Source: Candidatus Bathyarchaeota archaeon
GTDB taxonomy: Archaea > Thermoproteota > Bathyarchaeia > Bathyarchaeales > Bathycorpusculaceae
Direction: 5' to 3'
Length of the DNA stretch: 64,000 nucleotides
Assembly: GCA_963833575.1 (NCBI GenBank)
Contig: CAWHXY010000005.1
Coordinates: 46,005 to 110,004, forward strand
The notes below the pieces were generated by a model. That model did not search any database and was not told the DNA's origin. It saw only the letters and a program-made list of their open reading frames with translations. Position numbers and translations under genes: made by a program. Positions 58,776 through 64,000 of this stretch are shown here, piece by piece (position 1 is the stretch's first letter; each line of letters opens with the position of its first letter).

Positions 58776-59063
58776 ATGGAGTCCATCGATAGTCACGGTC
58801 GGTTCGAAGCCTCAGTCAACATTTTTGTCGATCCCGCTCAGAAGGCCCAAGTTATAGATGCTCTCGAAAAGGTCGAAAACATCGAAGAAATTTATGATGT
58901 AAAAGGCGAATTTGATATTGTTTCGATAGTTTCAGCTTCGAGTGTGGAAGAATTCCGCAATGTCTTGCACAAAAAAATTATGAAGATCAAAGGCGTCAAA
59001 AGCACCTTAGTCTCCGTCGTTCTCAAATCTCACAAATCCTTAAACCATATTCAAGTACGCTAA
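58776..59063 (+). CDS. Lrp/AsnC ligand-binding domain protein
   Basis: IYDVKGEFDI, I.KIKGVKST...VVL. Confidence 0.82.
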   Translation: MESIDSHGRFEASVNIFVDPAQKAQVIDALEKVENIEEIYDVKGEFDIVSIVSASSVEEFRNVLHKKIMKIKGVKSTLVSVVLKSHKSLNHIQVR

Positions 59064-59202
59064 CCTTCACAAAAGCCTTCCAAAATATAGAGTAATGTGT
59101 ACTTTACAATAAGCTAACTTTAACACAAACAGATTAACTTAAGAACGCACCTAATTGAGATTGTTTGACAGTTTTCTTTGTTATTTTTCTTCTGTTCTTC
59201 AG

Positions 59203-59691
59203 TTAGTTCGTGTTTAGTTTTTCATCAACCTTTAAGTCAATTTTGCCACATTTAGGACAAAAATAAACTATCACAGGCAACACTTCTTCCACGAATTTTC
59301 CTAAATCACCATCATTTGGTTTTCGATGTGATTCTTCCCCTCCATCAATTCTAAACTTGGTTCGAGTTTGTGACATCTCGACGTTACATGTTGAACAACA
59401 AGGAACTACGTTATTTTCCGTTTGGGGTTCTTCGGTTTTGTTGTCATTGAGAACTGTGTTTTCGGTCTCGGTTTTTTCGGCCTCAATTGGTGAGGAAACA
59501 TTTTCATTATTCCCTAAAAATCGGCAGGGTGTCGCGCAATCCAGTACAAGCATGCAAAGGTAACAACAGGTCAACTTCTCATCGTTTTTGCATCGAACCT
59601 GCCTAGCAGCCTTTGCTTTCTCGCTTTCAGAGACAGCTAGACATAATTTCTCACTTGTTAAATATTCACAGCTATTGGCTAAGTCTGACAC
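59203..59691 (-). CDS. Cys-rich hypothetical protein with C-terminal zinc ribbon
   Basis: 8-Cys N-terminal domain; CSTC...CPKCGK; start GTG 59691 (ORF open from 59718). Confidence 0.65.
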   Translation of the reverse strand: MSDLANSCEYLTSEKLCLAVSESEKAKAARQVRCKNDEKLTCCYLCMLVLDCATPCRFLGNNENVSSPIEAEKTETENTVLNDNKTEEPQTENNVVPCCSTCNVEMSQTRTKFRIDGGEESHRKPNDGDLGKFVEEVLPVIVYFCPKCGKIDLKVDEKLNTN

Positions 59692-60080
59692 TCGTTTCCT
59701 TCCTACTTCACAATTCAAGTTACAGGTTTTGCCTATGAGTTTTTTGGTCAGAATACACCTTTCATAGACATTAATCGAAAAATGAACTCAGACACCCGCA
59801 TTTCTCTTTCTTGTTCTAGCATACAAAACTAGTTGCAATGAGGACGAAAATACTGCATGAGTATCATTCTCCCTTGACGTTATCTAATCATTTTATGGTG
59901 CAACGTGTGTGCGATTATTTTTATTTAACAGCCTGCATTAGAGGTGTTGCCTGTGAAGATAAACACGTCAGTCGGAGAAAGGATTGGTAGTCCTATTTGA
60001 TGATGTCAGTTAACGAATTCTGAGGCACATAAAAACAATAAACAAAACACGTTGACTTGATTTTGAAGCGGTTTTTTGGA

Positions 60081-60220
60081 GCAAATTTTTTTGTTTGTGT
60101 TTTGAGTTGCTTTTCTGTTTTGGGGTTTGAATTGTTTGCAGGTTGAGTCAGGAAAAGTTAAAATTAGTTAAAAAAAGTCACAATAAGTCAGGAAAAGTTG
60201 AAATAAGTCAAAATAAATTA
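60081..60220 (-). repeat. decamer-array element E5 (8 x 10-bp TGACT/TAACT units plus conserved module)
   Basis: + strand ggttgagtca ggaaaagtta aaattagtta aaaaaagtca caataagtca ggaaaagttg aaataagtca aaataaatta; minus-strand module acctgcaaacaattcaaaccccaaaacagaaaagcaactc. Confidence 0.9.
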
Positions 60221-60237
60221 GAAAACGAGATGAGCCT

Positions 60238-60510
60238 ATGCCTTTAACACACAGAGTAACGTTTAAGAGACCTATAGAAGGCTGCAACAAAATACAAGTT
60301 CCAAAGCTCATTCGATGGCAATTTAAGTTAGAACCCAACCAAGTCCTGTACATCGGAATAACCGGATTTGGAAGAGGCTGGGAACATTTCTACTCAAAAA
60401 TGGGTAAAGACGGACGCATATATATTCCAAAAGCCACCATGTTCGCAGCCAGTAGCAAGACCGAAAGCGCCGCAGGCTGCCTAATAGAAGTAACACTTGA
60501 ACCGACCTAA
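60238..60510 (+). CDS. tandem AbrB/SpoVT (MraZ-like swapped-hairpin) DNA-binding protein
   Basis: Two repeats of the AbrB-type motif: IEGCNKIQVPKLIR and MGKDGRIYIPK. Confidence 0.65.
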   Translation: MPLTHRVTFKRPIEGCNKIQVPKLIRWQFKLEPNQVLYIGITGFGRGWEHFYSKMGKDGRIYIPKATMFAASSKTESAAGCLIEVTLEPT

Positions 60511-60767
60511 ATCACGCAAACAATCGCAGATCATTGGGTGGGAAAAAAAGAAATAATGTTTGCTTAGAAAGAAAATAAGTCTCTAAGGTTTTTTCTAGAT
60601 TAAAAAGAGAAAAGAAAGGTTAGCTTCTTCTTGGGGCAATCCGATCTTTCGCATGTAATCTTTCGCATATTTAGGGTTATACGCCAATAATTCTGGTGCC
60701 TGCGCAGCCCTCTGTCCTTTTTTCTTCTGCAGGGGCAAGTTAGAAGGAGCTAAGCATGAGTGGGGTT

Positions 60768-61187
60768 TCATTTGAGGCTGTCGAAAAACTCTCTTGCTGA
60801 TAGTATTTTGGTTTTCTTGAACTTGCCAAGCTCAAGGAGGTGTGTGTCTCCAGATACGATGACGTCCGCTCTGGCGGCTAATGCGCATTCCAGTATTTTG
60901 TTATCTTGCGCGTCTTCAATGACAATTCGCACTTCCGCCTTAGTCTCAATCATCTTAGAATCTGCTGAGATGACTCGGAGAACATCTTTTTGACGTATGC
61001 CGTTCTTATCTAAAACTGTCGCGATTTTTGGGTAGAGCAAAACTCTTGATAATTCAAGCATAATGTCTTTGCTGACATAAAGGGTTAACTTTTGCTTTAT
61101 CTGCGAAAACTCATAATAAAGAACCTCTTCCATAAAGATTGAAACCCAGATGTTCGTGTCGAAGACTACTTTGACTTTCTTGCCCAC
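60768..61187 (-). CDS. vapC: PIN-domain toxin
   Basis: VVFDTNIWVS, EL..VL, DN.ILECA, IVSGD.HLL. Confidence 0.9.
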   Translation of the reverse strand: MGKKVKVVFDTNIWVSIFMEEVLYYEFSQIKQKLTLYVSKDIMLELSRVLLYPKIATVLDKNGIRQKDVLRVISADSKMIETKAEVRIVIEDAQDNKILECALAARADVIVSGDTHLLELGKFKKTKILSAREFFDSLK

Positions 61188-61429
61188 TCGACTGCCTCAG
61201 CCACAAGCTTGTCAACGTCTATATGTTCTTCGCGCACTGTCTTTCCGATTTTCCTGGCTATGTCATCCATGGAGAGTTCTTGGATTTTTCTAAGCAGAAT
61301 ATCTCCATCTCGGGTCAGAACTAAAAGTTTCTCGCCGCCTTTCACTCCCAATTTCTTGCGAACTTCTCTTGGAATTACAATTTGACCCTTAGACGAAACC
61401 TTAATGATGTCTTCAATTTGCTCCGTCAT
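61166..61429 (-). CDS. vapB: AbrB/MazE-type antitoxin
   Basis: VSSKGQIVIPREVRKKLG; overlaps the PIN gene. Confidence 0.88.
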   Translation of the reverse strand: MTEQIEDIIKVSSKGQIVIPREVRKKLGVKGGEKLLVLTRDGDILLRKIQELSMDDIARKIGKTVREEHIDVDKLVAEAVEWARKSK

Positions 61430-61473
61430 AAACTTTCTATAAGTTCATACAAGTAAATAAGTTTTTACAATTA

Positions 61474-61702
61474 CATCGGAAAGCAACAATGGAATACCAT
61501 AAAAGGGCTTTCTTATAGTCATGCCTCCTCAGCCACAAAACACCAAAAATAACTCTCATCTATATGCAGCTCGTAATCTTAGAAGATGACAAATAGATTG
61601 CAAGAGGGAGGAAAACGACAAACAAGCCAACGAACTCATTGAATCAGGTTATGAATACCTCTGCGAAATGGAGGGTTCAAGCTTTCCAGAAAACGCAAAT
61701 AG
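61474..61702 (+). pseudogene. degenerate C-terminal fragment of a tyrosine recombinase/integrase
   Basis: Pieces separated by stops and frameshifts: HRKATMEYHK, LLSHKTPKITLIYMQLV (LGH...T..Y box), KQANELIESGYEYLCEMEG, KLSRKRK*. Confidence 0.7.
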
Positions 61703-61727
61703 CCACAGACGTCGCCAGAGTATATGG

Positions 61728-61742
61728 ATGGGAATTGAACCC
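61728..61742 (-). other. tRNA T-arm-like fragment (possible att relic)
   Basis: Minus strand GGGTTCAATTCCCAT, 25 nt after the integrase remnant stop. Confidence 0.45.
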
Positions 61743-61842
61743 TATATAACAGGGGTTACCTCCTAAACCTTGTTTTCTTTCTTAATATTGTGAAATAAAA
61801 CTGTGTGAGTCTGACAAAACGAGTGTTTGGCTGGGAAGACTC

Positions 61843-62262
61843 TTATTCGGATCTACCTACCCAAAGTGTTTCGGGCAAGTTCTTGAAGTGCTTGTCTCCA
61901 GTGACAATTTTCGACTTTAGTAATCTGCCTGTTGCCAATACTACAGCGTCAAACAAGCTTGGAGAATTCAGCTTGGACTTCTTGGCGCAGGTAGCCAGTT
62001 CCAAATAGCATCTTGCAGCCTCCAAAGCTATTCCAACATCAATATGGATTATGTTTGAAGCCGAGGCAATAACCTCAAGTCTCGCGCCAACTGTCTTTTC
62101 ATCGGCTCCTTCTCGGATGTACTTGCGAGCAATCTCTGCCAAGACGGTTCCAGGCGTATAGATTTCGTCTGCGTTTTCCAAGATCTGCTTTACCTCAACC
62201 CCTTTTTCACTACCTACGAAAAGTTCAATCCATGCGTAGGCATCAATCACGATCTTCGCCAC
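61843..62262 (-). CDS. vapC: PIN-domain toxin
   Basis: IVIDAYAWIE, LAE, SLFDAVVLAT, VTGD.HF. Confidence 0.9.
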   Translation of the reverse strand: MAKIVIDAYAWIELFVGSEKGVEVKQILENADEIYTPGTVLAEIARKYIREGADEKTVGARLEVIASASNIIHIDVGIALEAARCYLELATCAKKSKLNSPSLFDAVVLATGRLLKSKIVTGDKHFKNLPETLWVGRSE

Positions 62263-62452
62263 GGTCTCCCTCCGAAAAAGGCTTGATTCTTCCCTGATCT
62301 GCGCTAAATGCTTTTTCTAAAACAGATTTTCTTTGTTTTTTGACAAGAGATTGTATTGCCTCGTCAAGACTTTCTGCGTTCAGTTTCTCTCTAAGACGTT
62401 CGAGTGTTTCAGCCGTCTTCTTCGAGACCCTTATAGTTGTTGTTTCATTCAA
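62243..62452 (-). CDS. vapB: VapB-type (RHH-like) antitoxin
   Basis: TTIRVS..T...L..L.......S.DE.I; overlaps the PIN gene. Confidence 0.8.
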   Translation of the reverse strand: MNETTTIRVSKKTAETLERLREKLNAESLDEAIQSLVKKQRKSVLEKAFSADQGRIKPFSEGDRGEDRD

Positions 62453-62476
62453 AACAGCTTCACCATTTATGTAGAG

Positions 62477-62486
62477 TTGTATACAA
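62477..62486. promoter_or_regulatory. palindrome, likely TA operator
   Basis: Perfect TTGTATACAA 25 nt upstream of the antitoxin start. Confidence 0.45.
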
Positions 62487-62617
62487 GTTAATAAGCATAC
62501 ATGTGTAGAACTAAATTTCTGGATCTCGAGTTTTTCCGATTCTTAGTCAAGAAAAAATAGCTAACATTATTTACATCATACACGAGGCAAAATATCAAAT
62601 AAGGCTTGTGTCCAAAA

Positions 62618-62642
62618 GAGCTGGGGTGGGAATTGAACCCAT
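62618..62642 (-). other. tRNA 3'-half-like fragment (T-arm plus acceptor 3' strand; possible att relic)
   Basis: Minus strand ATGGGTTCAATTCCCACCCCAGCTC; no intact 5' half visible. Confidence 0.55.
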
Positions 62643-62854
62643 AAACCGTTTCGATGTGTCCCCCGCAAACCTCCTTTTCTTTATCTTACTAATCCCAGAT
62701 TCTCAGTCATTTTGGGCTTGCATGCCGGGTAGTGGATTTTCGTAGGTGCGTTAGTAGTACCTTCGCTTCTATCGTCTAGGATAATCTGTTGTGTTTTCTC
62801 TTTTCATGCAATACAAAATAACTCGGGGTGGGAAAAAATTTTTAGGATTTCGTG

Positions 62855-63907
62855 TCATTTACGGCGAAGCTCAAGGGAGTGGTTGAGAATTCTTTCGTTT
62901 ATCATTTCCCAAAGTTCAATTTCTTCTATTGGCTTAAATCCAGAACAGAAGCGTTCTTTAGCAATCTCATAAATAGCCTGATTAATTGGCATCGGGACTC
63001 CTGATCTATGCGCCAAGCCTAGCATATAGCCGTTCAACGACTCTAGTTCCGTGTTTGTCTTCCCGCAAAAGACGTCCTGAGTCATGCTGGTTGGTCCAAC
63101 TCTGTTAACAATAAAGTCATGGAGTGGATTTGTCGGTGATTCTGGATTGTTAACAGCAGATCTTATTTCGGTCCAGGAAGGCAGGACTCCAAGATAATGC
63201 TCCTTAAAGCCTGCGGCTTGGAGGACGTTAACACCCTCCTCCAGTAACCTAGTTGTGATGTGCACGAGGATCTTTTCAGATTCAATTGACCGTTTTCGAA
63301 ATCCCACTAGCGCCATTTCCGCGTTTATGAGGTTGATAGCCAGTTTGCAGTGAACTGCATCTTGCAGACGGTCAGTCACGAAGCAGGTTAATCCGGGATT
63401 TAGGACGTTTGCAACACTTTGAAGTTCAGGTTGCATCTCCGTCTTCCGAGCTCCAATAACTACGTGTCCACGTTTTACATAAGAGACTTTTGACGCACCC
63501 TCGCGCCATGCATTATAGCATATCACACCAAATACGGGTTTAGAAAAATATTTTGGCATTATCCTCTGGTTTTCGACTCCATTTTGGAGGCTCGTAATAA
63601 TAGGCTGACGGTTCCCAAGCTGGCGCCTGAGTGTCTGTGCTGTTTGGTCCAAGTCATAGTTTTTCACTGTGATTATTATAATGTCTGGAGAAGGTATTTC
63701 CTCCAACGATTCAATTACGTTCACCCGTATTGAAGGGAAAGTATTTTGGTCTGTTTGGTGAAGCTGTATGCCGTGACTTCTAATTTCTGGAACACTATTG
63801 CCTCTGGCGAGCAAGAACAAGTCTCTATTTTGAGAGGAAATCCAGCCTGTCAAGCTTAAACCTATTGCGCCTGCTCCAACGACAACGATGATAGGTTTGT
63901 TTTCCAA
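62855..63907 (-). CDS. panE: ketopantoate reductase (PanE/ApbA) family protein
   Basis: VGAGAIG, ITVK.Y, LQNG, K..IN..N, SM.QD, TE...LNG. Confidence 0.85.
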   Translation of the reverse strand: MENKPIIVVVGAGAIGLSLTGWISSQNRDLFLLARGNSVPEIRSHGIQLHQTDQNTFPSIRVNVIESLEEIPSPDIIIITVKNYDLDQTAQTLRRQLGNRQPIITSLQNGVENQRIMPKYFSKPVFGVICYNAWREGASKVSYVKRGHVVIGARKTEMQPELQSVANVLNPGLTCFVTDRLQDAVHCKLAINLINAEMALVGFRKRSIESEKILVHITTRLLEEGVNVLQAAGFKEHYLGVLPSWTEIRSAVNNPESPTNPLHDFIVNRVGPTSMTQDVFCGKTNTELESLNGYMLGLAHRSGVPMPINQAIYEIAKERFCSGFKPIEEIELWEMINERILNHSLELRRK

Positions 63908-64000
63908 AGTATCCGCACCTTGCCATTCTCAAGCTCTTGGCAACGTAAGTCCATAGGAGAACGCATCAAATATAACTTACCGAGAATCAAGGCATCATTG

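Noticed and set aside
60536-60550. GGGTGGGAAAAAA motif, also at about 62826
   Set aside because: Adequately explained as minus-strand oligo-T terminators downstream of genes; too short to call a repeat family.
60644-60668. ATCTTTCGCAT repeated twice
   Set aside because: Single short duplication with no further units or context.
62618-62700. Intact tRNA gene
   Set aside because: Only the T-arm and 3' acceptor-like strand are visible; no D-arm, anticodon arm or 5' acceptor strand.

Overview
This is an archaeal chromosomal window. Bathyarchaeia-like origin is inferred from the archaeal r-protein/eIF6/prefoldin/FtsY cluster, TFB, the surface beta-propeller protein and the integrase tail. Layout: (1) 1-6.5 kb holds a complete NHEJ operon (LigD-type polymerase, Ku, ligase-phosphoesterase fusion) followed by DUF72 and an MBL hydrolase, with a divergent OB-fold/SSB-like gene. 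(2) 6.9-35.5 kb is a surface-glycan locus with GT2/GT4 enzymes, GT-C-like membrane proteins, a B12 radical SAM enzyme with CX7CX2C, four methyltransferases, UDP-Glc/GlcA/Xyl and dTDP-Rha pathways and a flippase, plus relics of an internal duplication. (3) 36-42 kb is the rpp21-yhbY-rps19e-PDCD5-rpl39e-rpl31e-eIF6-rplX-pfdA-ftsY cluster, interrupted twice. (4) 42-64 kb is accessory: a SNF2/Zn-finger/Mrr-like operon bracketed by direct repeats, an extra TFB, two VapBC pairs, an integrase remnant and tRNA T-arm-like fragments. The strongest unexplained signals are non-coding. (a) Five copies of a bipartite element join a conserved ~62-bp module to a 10-bp-period array; the repeat core differs between copies but the phase is identical, and one copy sits directly upstream of a tandem AbrB/MraZ-like gene. 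(b) Two ~200-bp direct repeats, each made of three hairpins with shared loops and different stems, bracket the SNF2-Mrr operon. All alignments and folds were done by eye; no searches were run.
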